NCBI GenBank assembly: GCA_014905635.1
Contig: CM026547.1
Location: 1,736,001 to 1,800,000 of the forward strand
Direction: 5' to 3'
DNA length: 64,000 nt
Origin: Scenedesmus sp. PABB004
Taxonomy: Eukaryota
Positions 43,089 to 55,935 of the stretch are shown in pieces. Both the position numbers and the translations under genes were made by a program. Under the pieces are notes generated by a model. The model had not been told where the DNA came from. It saw only the letters and a program-made list of their open reading frames with translations, and did not search any database. Positions within the stretch are counted from its first letter, which is position 1, and every line of letters begins with the position of its first letter.

Positions 43089-44704
43089 GCCGCGCCGCGG
43101 TGCCGCGCACACGCGCACACGCGCACACGCACCGTCACGCCGAGCACGTCTGCGAACGCGCGCGCGATGAGGCCCTCCATCAGTGCCATGAGAGCGGGCG
43201 CGTCGGTGAAGGCGAGCTCCATGTCGAGCTGCGTGAACTCGGGCTGCCGGTCGGCGCGCAGGTCCTCGTCGCGGAAGCAGCGCGCGACCTGGTAGTAGCG
43301 GTCGTACCCCGCGACCATCAGCATCTGCTTGAACAGCTGCGGGCTCTGCGGGAGCGCGTAAAACTCGCCCGCCTGCGGCGGCGCGGCGGGCGCGCGCGGC
43401 GGGCGGGCGGGCGTCGCGGCCAGGACGCGCGCGCGCCGCGCCGCGCGCGCGGGCTGCACCGCGCCCCCCGCTGCCGCGCGCGGCGCCTGGGAGCGGCGTG
43501 CCTGGAGGCGCGAGGGCACCAGGTAGTCGCGCGCGCCCTCGGGCGTGCTGCGCGTGAGCACGGGCGTCTCGACCTCGATGAAGCCGTGCTCATCCTCCAG
43601 GTAGCGCCGCATGCTCCGCACCAGCGCGTGGCGCAGGCGCAGGTTGGCCGCCATCGCGGGCCGCCTGCGCGCCCGCGGCGCGGCGCGGCGCGGCGTGGGC
43701 GGCGGCGTGGGCGGCGGGCGCGCGGCGCCGCCGCGCGGCTGCTGCTGCGAGGGCCCCGGCGGCGCGGACGGCGCGGCGCGCGCCCTGCTCGGCCCCCGGA
43801 GTCGCTCCCAGGCGCTCGCCCACTCACCGCAGGTCCAGCACGCGGTGGCGCAGCCGCACCTCCTCGCGCGCCGCCTCCTTCTCCTCCGCGTCGCTGACTG
43901 GGAAGGGGAGCGGGCGGTTGACCGTGTTCAGCACGCTCACGCTCCGCGCCAGCAGCTCCACCGCGCCTGCGCGGGCGGGCGGGGCGACGGGGCCGCAGCT
44001 CGGCCGCGCCCGCCGGGCGGCGCGGCCGGCTGCTCGCGGCGCGGCCGGCTGCTCGCGACGCCCCCGTACCCGTGGGCAGCTTGGGGTTTGGGTCCTTGCG
44101 CAGGCGCAGCTCGCCCGTCACGCAGACCACCCACTCGCTGCGCAGCCGCGCGCCCAGCTTGCTCGCCTCGGGCTGCGTCTGCGGCTCAAACACCACCTGC
44201 GGCGACGCGGCGAGGTGCGCGGCGTGTCACGCCGTCCCGCCACGCCGCCCCGCCGCGCCGCAGCTGCTGCCGCCGCCGCGGGCGCGGCGGGCCGCGTGCC
44301 TGCGCGAGGCCGGTGTGGTCGCGCAGGTCCATGAAGCCCAGGCCGCCCAGGTTGCGGTTGCGGTCCACCCAGCCGCACAGCGTGACCTCCTTGCCCGCGT
44401 CCTCGGCGCGCAGGCTGCCCGCGCCGTGGCTGCGCGCCGGCCAGGTCATGCCGCTGTCGAGCGCAAAGGCGGCGTAGCCCGCGCCGCCCTCGCCCGCCTG
44501 CGCCACGTCCAGTGCCGCCGCATTGAGGACGAGCGAGCTCCCCGGTCGCTGGGCCAGCGCCGGGCCCGGCCGCCGGGCCGCGCGGCCGCGCGGGGGCGGG
44601 CAGGGGCGCGCCAATGTCGACAGCCGAGCCACCACGCCCCCCTGCTGCCGAGCCAGGGCGTGCCGCTGCGCCAGGGCGCCACCACACAGCGCCATCCTGA
44701 GCAT
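41411..44704 (-). CDS. aspS: Organellar (bacterial-type) aspartyl-tRNA synthetase
   Basis: [100 protein letters not shown]. Transit peptide and many introns. Confidence 0.95.
43028..43088. repeat. Intronic (CCG)n microsatellite
   Basis: About 20 ccg units in an aspS intron. Confidence 0.85.
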
Positions 44705-44986
44705 GCGCCCGCCGCGGCCGCGCTGCGAGGAGCTGCCGCCGCGCGCCGCCGCCGCTGCCGCCGGCGCCGGCCGACGCCACCGCTAGTCGCCTGCGCGGCC
44801 CGTGTGCTGGCGCGCTGGGAGGTCACGGGTTGCTGTGCCGCGGGAGCGGTGCGGCGGGAGCCATTGCGGCGCGCTCGGCCAGGGCTTTGCGGCGCGCTTT
44901 GCACGAGCGCACGCTGCCGTGCGGCCGCGCCGCTGGCCCCCGGGCGCCGCCGCCGCCGTCCCCCCTGTGAGAGCGCTCCAGCGCTA

Positions 44987-45888
44987 TCAGCCCGTGAGCG
45001 CGGCCATGTAGTGGTAGACCGCGCTGACCAGCTCCACCTGCTGCTGCCACACGCGCACCGCGGCGCTCGTGGCCGCGAGGTCGGGGTCCGGCACGCGCAC
45101 GAGCGTCGGCAGCGCCTTGCCGCGCAGCGTGCCGCGCTCCTGAAACTCCGCCTGCAGCGCCGCGCTCGCCTCGGCCAGCCGCGCCGCCGCCTCGGGCGTC
45201 GACCTGCGCGTGGGGGCGCGGCGGGGCGTGGCGGGGGCGCGGCGCTGGGCCGGCGCGACGGCGGCGGCCGCGACGCGCGGGCCGGCGCGACCCTCGCTGC
45301 CGCCGCTCCGCCGCCCCGCCGCCGCGCGGCGCGGCCGCACTTGATGCGCACGGCGAGGGGGTCCTCCGCGACGCGGTCCGCGTCGGCGCCGAGCGCCTCG
45401 CCCGGCGCGGCCGACGCGGCCTCGGCCTCGAGCCGCGCGAGCGTTGACGCGACAAAGTTGGCCATCGCGTTGGCCTGCACCGCGTCCTCGCCCCCGTACC
45501 ACGCCCAGCCCGGGTACTCGGCGGCGGCGGGGAACACGGCGTTGAGCTGCGCCGCGGACGTGTAGACGAGGCTCACCCAGCGCCCAAACAGCGCTGCGTT
45601 GACCTCCGGCTCGCCCGGCGGCGCCGGCGCGGCGGGCACGAGCCCGCCGCTCTGCTCGTACTCCGCCGCCGCGAGCTGGCCGTGCAGCGCCGCCACGGGG
45701 ATGCCCGCCTCGTACGCCTCGAGCGCGTGCAGCACAAACGCGCGCAGCGCGTACGGCGCGCCGCCCGCGGCGCCCACAAACGCGACCAGCAGCCGCACCG
45801 CGAGCGCGCGCGGCGGGCCGCGGCCGCGCGCGAGCGCGGCCGCCGTGACCAGGCCGGTGCCGGGGCCGGGGCCGGCGGCGCCGCCCGG

Positions 45889-45921
<33 letters not shown>

Positions 45922-47104
45922 CGGCTCGCTGCCGCCGCCGCCGCGCGCGGCGCCGCCGCGGCGTCCACGGGCGTCGCCCACGCGGCGGTGTAGCCCGACG
46001 GCGCGTCGAGCGTGGTGGGGTTGGGCAGCGCGGTCGCGGTGGGCAGGCGCGCCGCGGCGGCGACCTCGAGTGCGATGATGACGAGCAGCGTGTACTGCTG
46101 CATCATCACCAGCGCCGCGCTGCGCCCCTGCCCCGGGTCCGACGCGACCGCGGCCTGCAGGCCCTGCAGCCGCGTCACGGTGTAGCCCTCGTCAAAGTAG
46201 AGCTTCGCCGCCGACTTGACGAACGAGAGCAGCCCCAGCACCTGGCGGCTGTGCGCCTCGCTGACGCCCGCGGCCGCGGCGGCGGCGGCGTCGCCGCCGC
46301 CGCCGCCGCCGTCGCCCGGCTGCGCGCCGCCCGGCTGCGCGCCGCCCGGCTGCGCGCCGGCGCCGCCGGCGCCGGCGGGCGCGCTGCGCAGGCCGACCAC
46401 CTGCGCGGCGAGCATGACGACGATGACCCAGGAGAGCAGCAGGTCCTCGTCCACCGGGCTCAGCAGCGTGCCGCCGGCCTGCGCGTTGGCGAGGGTGAGG
46501 CCCATGTGCAGGCCGTCGACGCGCTCGCCGCCGCTGTACGCGTCGAGCACAGACTCGACAAACACCTGCGCCGCAAAGAGCGAGCGCGTCTGGCAGGCGT
46601 AGAAGCTGAGCAGCACGCCCTCCTCGCGCCCCCCGCGCGGCGGCGGCGGCGGCGGCGGCGACGACGCTGGCGCCGCCGCGCCGTCGGCGGCCGAGCGCGC
46701 CTGCGCGGGCGGGCGGCGCGGGCGCGCGGCAGCAGCGGTTGGCGCGGCAGCGGTTGGCGCGGGCGCGCCCGTGCGCGGCAGCGGCGGCGCGCGCGTCGCC
46801 GGCGCCGGCGGCAGCGGCGGCCCGCCCAGGCGCGCGGGCGGCGCCGCGCGGCCGTGGCTCCGTGGCGCGCGGCCGCGGCGCGGCCGGCGCCCGGCCTGCG
46901 CGCCGCGCCGCTGCCCCGCGCCGCCGGCGCCGCCGCGCCGCCGGACCTGGCAGCCCGCGAGGCGCCTGCTGGGGGCCGCGGTCGCGCGGGCGCCCGCCGG
47001 CGGCCGAGCCGGGGCGCGCCTGCGGCGGCGGCGCCGCAGGCGGCAGCAGCGCCGCGCGCCGCGCCGGCGCGGGCGGCGGGGGCCCCCGTGCGGGGCGCCG
47101 GCAT
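44987..47104 (-). CDS. Unknown, probably plastid-targeted protein with four internal helical repeats; apparent frameshift near 45950
   Basis: Ala/Arg-rich transit-like exon 1. Repeats FVESVLDAYSGG..SWVIVV, FVKSAAKLYFDEG..QYTLLV, FVLHALEAYEAG..RWVSLV, FVASTLARLE..QQVELV. Confidence 0.6.
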
Positions 47105-47453
47105 CGCGGCTGGCGAGAAGGACGGAACTGTGCGGTCCGGGGCGCGTGTGCCTGCGCCCCGGCCCGAAGGGTGGCATGACAGGTGCTGCTGCTCGGGCCA
47201 GGCCGCCCGCCCCCGCGCCGCACCCGGCACTCTCGTGCTGGCAGCGCCCGCTGCCACACGCTCAACTCCTCCCCAACCCCTCAAAAGCACACCTAGAGCA
47301 TGGCGTGTTGATTAGCCGCGGGCCAGCTTCCCGCGTGCCCGGCGGCCGGTGAGCGACAGCCCCACACCCTCGCGGTGTGCCGGGACCCCCGCACGGGGGC
47401 CTGGGTCGCGCGCCGCCTCGGGCCACGGGAGCTGCGCACGCGGAGGAGGGGCA

Positions 47454-48914
47454 ATGGTGGTCAAGGCGGACGGGGCGGGCTACGGAGGCTTCCCCCTGGG
47501 CCTGGAGGGGCCCGCCAGCGCGGCGGCTGTGGCCGACGCGCTCGCCATGCTGGTGCGCGGCCCCGCCCTGCCGCGCCGCGCCGCCCGCCCGCGCGGCGGC
47601 CCGGCGCGGCCCCCGCCTCAGCGGGCGCCGCGCCGCCCCCCAGAGCCCCGCGGGCGAGGAGGGCGGCGAGCGGCTGCTCTCCATCCTCGCCAACACGCTT
47701 GAGGCCATGGTGGACGCGACCGAGCAGCGCGAGCACGCCCGGCTGCAGGCCAAGCTCCTGCAGGTGCGCCCGGAACGGCGGCCGCGGGGCTGCGGGGCGC
47801 CCGGCGAGCCCGGAGCCGGCCTGCGGGCCACGCCTCTCTCGAAGGCGCTGCCGGGGCACCCGAAACGCACGCACGCGGAGCCGGGGGGCCGGGCCGCCCG
47901 GCGGAGGAGGGAGGGGCGAGAGGCAGCGCCCGGCGCCAGCGTCCGACGCCCGCGCCAGCGGCGCCGACGCGGCGCCGCTGCTCCCGCCGTCGCCGCCGCC
48001 CCGCGCCCCCGCCGCGGCCGTCTCTGCCCGCCCCCGCCGCGGACGTCTGCCTGCCCCCGCGGCGCCGGCCTCACGCGCCGCGCCGCCGCCCGCGCCGCGC
48101 GCCGGCCGCCAGGGCGTCGACGCGTGCGGCCCCGCGCCGCAGCTCACGGTCTTCCACGGCCTGCGCGCGCCGCCGATCAGCATCGAGGCCTACCTGCTGC
48201 GCATCGCCAAGTACGTCAAGTGCAGCCCCGCGTGCTTTGCGCACGGGCTGGTCCACATGCTCAAGCTCGCGGGCGCCGACCCGAGCTTTGCGCCGACGCG
48301 GCTCAACGTGCACCGCCTGCTGCTCACCGGCGTGCTCATATCCGCCAAGTTCCTGGACGACCGCTACTACAACAACGCGTTCTACGCCAAGGCACGCGCA
48401 GCAGCAGCGGCCGGCGGCGCGCGCAGCGGCGCACGCAGCGGCACGCAGCGGCGCCGACGCCCGTGCGCGCGCGCGCGCCCGCGCGCCGTCCCCTGCGCAG
48501 GTCGGCGGCGTGTCCACGGCGGAGCTGAACCGCCTGGAGCTGGAGATGCTGCAGCTGCTCGACTTTCAGCTCTCGGTCACGCCCGAGGCGCTCGTGGCGG
48601 TCCTGCTGGACGCGCAGAGCGGGCGCGTGGTGCTGCAGATGGTGGCGGCGTACGGCGGCGGCGGCTGCTGCGGCCTCACGCCCTGCGCGGGGCTCGCGAG
48701 CGCCGGCGTGATGCAGCTGCCGTGCTGGGACGGCCCCGGCTCGGCGGTGCACGGCCAGCACGTGCTCGCGGCGGGCGGCGCGCACTGCGCGGGGCTGCCG
48801 GCGGCGCTGCAGCGCAAGCGGCGCAGCAACAGCCTGGAGCTCATGGACGGCGGCGAGTGCCGCCCACGGGCCTTCCACAGGGCCAGCATGGAGGTGGTCG
48901 CGATGGCGCAGTGA
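47454..48914 (+). CDS. P/U-type (PHO80-like) cyclin
   Basis: [76 protein letters not shown]. Confidence 0.9.
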
Positions 48915-50318
48915 GCAGCAGGCAGCGCATCCGGCGGGCGGGCTGTGGGCGGGCGGGGCGGCAGGGAGGGGAGGGCCGGCGGCGCCCCGGCGGCGCGGCG
49001 CGGCGCGGCCAGGGCAGGCCGCGCGCGCGCCGGGCTGGGGGGGGGGGGGGGGGCGCCGGCGCAGCACTGATCGGCGACGGCTGCGGGGGCGGGCGGCGGG
49101 GCGCCCGCGCGCCGGCGGGCCGCGCGGCGCGGCAGCAGCGGCTGCCGCGCCCGCGGCGCTGCCGGCGGGCGGCGCCGGCCGCCGGGCCCCGACGAAGCGA
49201 GTGGCCGCGCCCGGGCTGCACGGCGCGGCAGGCAGCGGCCGGGCCGCCTGGCAGCAGGCCGGGCGCGGCCGCGGCAGCCGAGGCGGCGGCTCGTGGGACG
49301 GGCGACGTACCCATGTTGTGCGAGCATCTCGCGCCCCAAACATCACCATGCGGCGCGCGCTGGCCGCCGGCGCCGCGGGCCCGCGCGGCGGGCGCGGCGA
49401 GCGGGCGGCGCGGCGCGGCGCGCACCCCTGGTCAGCGTCCAGGGCGGCCCTCGCCTGCAGCTGACGGGGGACGAGCGAGTCGAGTCGGCGCCCAACACCA
49501 TCCAGAGCGCGTGCGGGCCGTTCTTTGCGACAAGGACAACAAGAAAAGCAGCGGCCGCGGCTCCTCACCGGGCCGCGGCTGCGCCTAAAACCACTCGGGC
49601 TCGAGGGGCGGGCCTGCTGCGGCGCGCAGCAGGCGGTCGGCAGCGGCGGGGCGCGGCGCCCCGCAGGCGGAGGCGAGGCGGAGCGGGAGCGTGCGTGCGG
49701 CGTGCGCCCTGCGCGGTGTGCATGCGGTGTGCATGCGCGGCGGCGCCACATGTTTTATGTCACCAAACACACAACCAAAAAACACCAAAAACGCCGCCGC
49801 GCGGCGGCGGGCTGGACGCGGCGGCGAGGTGTGAGGGGGGGGCGGGCGGCCCTGACTGGCGCCCGTGCCTGCCGTGTGCTGTTGACGGGCCTTCCTGACG
49901 TTGACGCTGCTCGACCACGGAGGGACAGCCGCCGGCCCGCAGCCTGCAGGCGCAGGCGGCGGGCGCGGCGGGCGCAGGTGTGGCGGCGCACGCGGTGGCG
50001 CGTGAATGTCTCGGTTCCTGCCGCGTGCGAGCCCGGAGCGCGGGTCGGGGGTCGCCCCCGCCCCTGACGATGCTCCCACGGCACGCCGCGCGGCGGCGGC
50101 GGCGCGCGCTGCTGCTGCACAGCAGTGTCGCGGCCGCCCCGCGCGCTGCGCCGGCGCTCTCCACATTTTGAACTCCACCGCGGCCCACGCGCGGGCGAGT
50201 AACGCGGCCCCCCAACTCGGTTGCAGCCGCCCCGCGCGGCCCCATCTCACGCGCTCAGCGGCCAGCAGTCACAGCCTCAGCCCGCTGGCTCTGTGACCCG
50301 CACGCGCAGCACGCTCGC

Positions 50319-53300
50319 TCACCGACCGCCGCCCCGCGCCGCGGCCGCCGCGGCCGCCGCGGCCGCCGCCGCGCCGGAGTCGGCGTCGCCCTCGCCGCCG
50401 CTCTCGCTGCCGCCGCCCTCGGGCTCGTCGCCGCCGCTGCCGTCGCCGCCGGCCGCGGGCAGCAGCGAGCCGCCGGGCGGCTCCGGCAGCTTGGCGGCCA
50501 CCGCGCGCCCGCCGTCGGCCGGCAGCGGAGGGTCCACGTGGTTGAGGAACGTCGACTCGCCCCGGAAGTGCAGCGCCGCCGCGTTCCACGCGCGCGCCGC
50601 GTCGTCCTCAGCGTCGTAGCTGCCCACGTTGAGCACCTACGCCACGCGCGCGGCGGCGGCGCGCTGTCGGCAGCGCGGCCGCGGGGCGCGGGGCGCGGGC
50701 GCGTGTGGCGCGCGCGCCGCGCGCGGCGGCGCCGCGCCGCGCCTTGCCGCCGTAGCTGAACTGCGTGCGCCAGCGCCGCGCGCCGCGCTTGGAGCGGTAG
50801 ACGCCGGTGAAGGTCGTGGAGCGGCAGCCAAACGTGAGCTGCCCCGCCGAGTTGGCAAAGCGCGGCACCATCTGGCCCTTGTTCCCCGCGCCGCGCGGCC
50901 GGCCGCCCTTGGCGGCGCCGCCGCCGCCGGCCGCGCCAGCCGCGTGCGGTGCGAGTGGCGCGAGCGGCGCGCTGCGCGGGCGCTTGGCGGCGGGCGCGCC
51001 CGGCGCCGCGCCCGCAGCGGCGCGCCTGCGCTTGGCGGGGGCAGAGGCGGCGCCGGCGGGCGACTCCGCCTCGCACTCGCTGGCGCCGCTCTCGCTGGCC
51101 GCCTCGTCACCGGCGCCGGCGCGCCAGCTGTCGCTGCCAGAAGTCATGTCTCGCTCCTCGCTGCTGCTGGGCAGCTCGTCCTCGCTGGCGCTGGCGCTGC
51201 GCCGCGGCGCTGCGGCCTGGGCCTTGCCCTCCGGCGCCGCCGCCCTGCTGCCCGGGCCGCCCCGGCCGCGCGGGCCGCGCCGCGCGAGCGAGCCGCCCTC
51301 GCCGCCGCTGCCCGCCTGCTGCTGCTCCGCCCCGGCCTTGCCGCCGCCGTCGGCGGCGCGCACGCGCTTGCCCACGCGCCGCCGCGGCCCCGACCGGCCG
51401 CCGGCGCCGTCGCCGTCCGCCGCCGCGCCGCCGGCCAGCAGCTGCCGCAGCGGCGCGCGCTGCTCCTGCATGCGGCGCTGCGCGTTGCGCGCGGCCGCGC
51501 GCCGCGGCCGCGCACGCAGCGTGTGGGGCGAGTCGGGGTCGATGAAAAAGGGCTGGAATGCTGGTGAAGCCGGCAGCGCCCCGCCGCCCGGCACGGCGCC
51601 GCACGGCGAGCCGGGCGCGGCCCCGCCGGGGCCGCCGCGCGCGCGAGCGCGGCGACCGCCTCGCCCGCCGCGCCTGCCGCGCCCGCCGCGCCCGCCTCGC
51701 TCGCCGGGCCCGCCGCGCCCGTGGGCGGTGCCGGCGCCGGCTCGCAGCCGGCGGCGGGGCGGTGGCCCGGCCCGCCGGCCGGCGGCGGCGCAGCGGCGGC
51801 GGACGGCGCCGGGAAGGCCGCCGCCACTGCCGCCTGGGCTGCGTGCGCAACGTCGCACGCCGCCGCCGCCGCCCCTGCCGCGCTAGCGCACCTGCTGCGC
51901 CGGCCTGCGCCGGCCGGCGACGCCGTGCGCGGCGCGGCGGCCGGGCGGCGCGGCCGCGGTGCTCCTGGGGTGGCCAGCACGTCGCTGCGGCCGGCGGCGC
52001 CGGCGGCGGCGCCGGCGGGCGCGGCCGCCTCGCCGGGGCTGGCCTGCGACGCCGCCGCAGGAGGGTGCTGCCTGCTGCCCAGGACGATGGCAGGCAGCAC
52101 AAAGGGCTGCGGCCGGACCGACGCCGCCAGGGACGCCCACAGCGCTGGCGAGAGCGGCCCCGACGCCTCGGCGCTGCCGACGCCCGGCTGCGGGTGCGGC
52201 TTGCGGCGCGCGGCGGCCGTGCGCTTGGCGCCGGGGCGCTCCGGCAGCTCCGGCGTCTGGCCCGCCGCCGCCGCGAGCGCGGCCGCCAGCGCGCCGCTCG
52301 GCACGGCGCTGGGCGCCGGCGGCGGCTCCGCGGCGGCCGTCGCGCCGCTGGCGCGCGCGCCGCTGCGGCCCCGTGCGGCGCTGCGGCTGCCGCTGCGGCT
52401 GCCTGGCTTGCGCATGGCGCTGCCCACCAGCAGTTGTGGCAGGCCCGCGTGTGGCGTGACCGGCGACAGCAGGCCGCCAGCGGCGCGCGCCAGCTCACCC
52501 TGCGCCGCAGGCTGCGCCGCGCCCGGCGGGGCCTGCAGCTGTGCAGCCAGCCCCGCCAGCTGCTCCTCCTGCTGCAGCTGGCTGGCCACAGCTGCAGCCA
52601 CCCGCGCCCTGCCGCGGGCGCCCGAGCGGTTGCGCAGCTGCCGCGCGGCCGCACCGTCGGACCCGCTGCCGCCGCTCACGCGCCTGCTGCTGCCCGACTC
52701 GGGCGGCGGCCCGGGGGCCTGCGCTGCGCCCGCGCCCGCGCGCTGGCAGCAAGGCTGGCGGCGAGGCCGGCGCTGACCGCGGCCGCCGGGCCCAGCTCGG
52801 CGGTGGCGAGCGACGGCGGCGCCACCACCGCGGCGGTGGGCGGCGCCGCCGCCGCGCCCGCAGCCGTGCCTGCGCCTGCGCTTGGCGGCTTCTTGCGCGC
52901 GGCGAGCGCTTGCGGCTCCCCGCGGCCTTGGCCTTGCCGGCGGCGGGGGCGTTGCCCGTCTCCGCCGCCGCGAGGCCCAGCAGCAGCGTCGCGCCGTCAA
53001 ACACGTCTGCCGCGCCGCCGCGGGCGCCGCCGTCGAGCGCCGCGCCCGCGGCGGGCGGCTGCTGCGCAGGCAGGGGCAGCGGCGTGGCCGCCGCCTCGGC
53101 CGGGTCCATCCCCGGCAGCAGGCCCCCGTCCAGCCCGCCGCGCCAGACGTAGCTGCCCGGCGACAGCAGGGAGCCGCCGCCCCAGCGGCGGAGGAGGGCG
53201 TTGGAGGGGATGAGCGCGCCGGGGACGTCAGCGCCGCGCCCGCGGCGCCGCCGCCGCCGGCTGGCACCGGCGCGCCCCAGGCTCGCGGCGGGGCTGGGGA

Positions 53301-55405
53301 GGGCGCTGCCGCCGCGGGGCGGTGCGGCGTGCCAAACGCGCCGTCGCCCGCGCTGCCGCCGTCGGGGGCGGGAAGAGCTCGCTGGGCGGCAGCACGGCCG
53401 CGAGCCGCGGCGCGCCGCCGCCTGCCGCCGCCGCCGCCGGGACGGGGGCGCCCCCCGGCACGACGAGACTAAACCGCAGCGGGGGGCTGCGACCCCCGAC
53501 GCCCACGGGCCCCACGGGCACCGCCCACAGTGGCGCGGGCGGGCTGCCGCCGCCGACGAGCGGCGCGGGGCCCGCCCCCGCCAGCGCGTGCACGCGCGCG
53601 GCGCCCAGGCGCGGCAGCGCGCCGGCGTCGTGGGGCCGCGGCGGGGCCCGCGGCGTGCGGAAGATGGCGTCAGGGTTGAGCAGCGGCGCGGCCACACCGC
53701 CGCCGCCGCTGCCGCCGCCGCCGCGGCACGGGCCGCGGTCGGGGCGGGCGTGGCGCTGACCGCCGCCACGCCGTGCGCAGCGGCGGCCGGCGTGGTGAAT
53801 GCGGCGGCCCCGCCGCCACCCGCGGGCGCCGCGAGCCCTGGCACGTGCTCAGCAGGGCTCGCTCCGCCCGGGCCGCCAGTGCGCCTGCTCGCGCCGCCGC
53901 CAGCTGCGCCGAGGGGCTGAGGGGGCTGCCCGGCAGCGGCGGCTGCTGCTGCTGCTGCTGGAAACCCTCCTGGCCGGCCTGTGTGGCGCCGACGCCGGCG
54001 CCACGCGCGTCGACGGCCTGCGCGGCGTCCGGCTGTGGCGACGCGGCCACGAACGCGTGCACGCCCGGCCTGCTCAGCCGCACCATGCCGCCGCCGCCCG
54101 GCGCGCCAGCCAGCGGCAGCCGCTGCTGGCCCTGCGCCGGCGGCGCCGCGGCGGCCGGCGCTGCCCGCAGCCCGGCTGCAGCAGCCTGCTGGCTGGGCTC
54201 GCCCGCCGCTGCTGCGGCCGGCGTGCCGCCGCCGGGGCGGGGCGCGGCCTCGGCCTCGGCCCCGGCCGCCGCGGCCCCCGCCCCCGCGCCGCCGCCGCCT
54301 CGGCGTCCAGCGCCCACACCAGGCCGCCGTGCCCGCCGTCCACGGCCGCGGCACCCGGGCCGTCCAGTGGCGCCCCCTGCTCCCCCTGCGCCAGCCAGGC
54401 CGCCGCGCCGGCGGCCGTCGGCCCCGCCGCGCCTGGGTCGCCGGCGCCGCGCTCGCCGTCGCCGCCGCCGCCCTCGTCGCGTGCCGCCCACGTCTCAAAG
54501 AGGCTGTGCAGCTGTCGCACCGCGCCAGAGCGCTCAGCGCCCCCGCCGCGCGCCGCGCCGTCGCCGGTCTGCAGCGCCTGCTCGGCCGCGGCCGCCGGCG
54601 GCGGCAGCTCGCCGCCCTGCGGGCCCTCGGCCGCGCCGGACAGCCACGCGCGCGCCGCGGCGGCGCTGATGGCGTCGTCGTTGCTGCTGGCCGCCGTCGG
54701 CATGGTGCTGACCAGCGCGGGGCTGGGCACGGGCGCGGGCGCGCCGCCGCCGCCGTCGAGCAGCCCGCCGAGCAGCAGCCCCGGCGGCGGCGTCGCGGGC
54801 GCTTGGCAGGCCGCCGCCGCGGCCGCCTGGGGCGCCGCCTCCGCCGCGGGCGCGGCCGCCGCGGGCGCGAGGAAGGGGTTTGGGTGGGGCGCCGCCTGCA
54901 GCGCCGTGTTGGGCGGGAGGCCGCGCTCTGCGAGGGCCGCGGCGAAGGCGGGCGCGGCGTAGGTCGCCGCCGCCGGCGCGACGGCCGCGGGCGCCCACGC
55001 GGGCGCCCCCGCGGGCGCCCACCCCGGCGCCGCGGGCGCGCCGAGGTGCGCGCCGAGGTGCGGCCAGGGCGGCAGCCAGGCCGCCGCGCCCATGTGCGGG
55101 CCGGGGCCGGCGGGCAGGAACAAGGGCGGCGGCAGCCCGTACGGCTGCGCCGCTGCCATCAGCGCGCTGGGCTGTGCCAGCAGCGGCGCGGCGTATGCCA
55201 GGAAGGGGCTGGGCGCCAGCCCTGCCGCCGCGCCGTGCTGGCCCGGCGCCGCCGGCAGCGCGTGCGGCAGCGGCGGCAGCAGCGCCTGCGCCGCGGCGCG
55301 CCCGCCCGCGCCGACGCCCGGTTGCGGTGCCCAGGCGGCGGCGGCGCCCAGCATCATGCCGGGGACCGCCCCCGGTGCCGCGCCGAGCGGCGCGCGGCCG
55401 TCCAT
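50319..55405 (-). CDS. Large low-complexity protein with C-terminal AP2 domain; several apparent frame breaks
   Basis: STTFTGVYRSKRGARRWRTQFSYGGK|VLNVGSYDAEDDAARAWNAAALHFRG. Upstream coding-like blocks switch frame several times between ~51.8 and 54.4 kb, so the 5' extent is uncertain. Confidence 0.65.
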
Positions 55406-55935
55406 TCGCGGGGGGCGTCAGGCGCGCATGCTGGGCCGCCCCCGCGCGCTCGCGCCGCTCTCGATGGCCACAGCCGCCGTCGTGGGCCGATCTCTGATCG
55501 TGGAGCTTCAGGGCGCTGCGCTGGTGCCGCGCAGGGCGCCGTGCGGCGCGGGCAGGCCGGCGAGCGCGGGAAAAGCCGCTGGCCTGGCGCGTCCGCGTTC
55601 GGCGCGCGTCGACCGTGCGGCGCGACCGCTCGCTGTGAACGCGTCGGACCCCGGGGCGCGCGCGCAGGGGCGCGCACGCCGCTGCGCTTTTGCGAACCGC
55701 GCTTCGTTCAACCGCGCGCCGACTCGCGCCGTCGCCCCACGCTGATGCCTGCGAGGGCCGGTGGGGCCTGCCGCTCCACACCCGCCGCCGCCGCGCACAG
55801 CACGCCGCCGTGTCGAGCGTGGCCACGCTTACCGCGCCCGTCAACCTGCGCGCGCCCTCTCGCCCGCCCCACGCCCCGCAACCGCTTCCGCTCGCCCCCC
55901 CCCCCCGCAACCGCTCTCGCTCGCCGCCCGCGCGC

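Noticed and set aside
41411..44704. Bacterial-type genes (aspS, ilvA, mlaE-like) as prokaryotic DNA or recent horizontal transfer
   Set aside because: All have many spliceosomal introns and transit-peptide-like N-termini, as expected for nuclear-encoded organellar proteins.
49750..49792. AT-rich patch (tgttttatgtcaccaaacacacaaccaaaaaacaccaaaaac) as another micro-insertion
   Set aside because: No TSD and no TGTGGTGTAACT end. It lies between convergent genes and is probably 3' UTR sequence.
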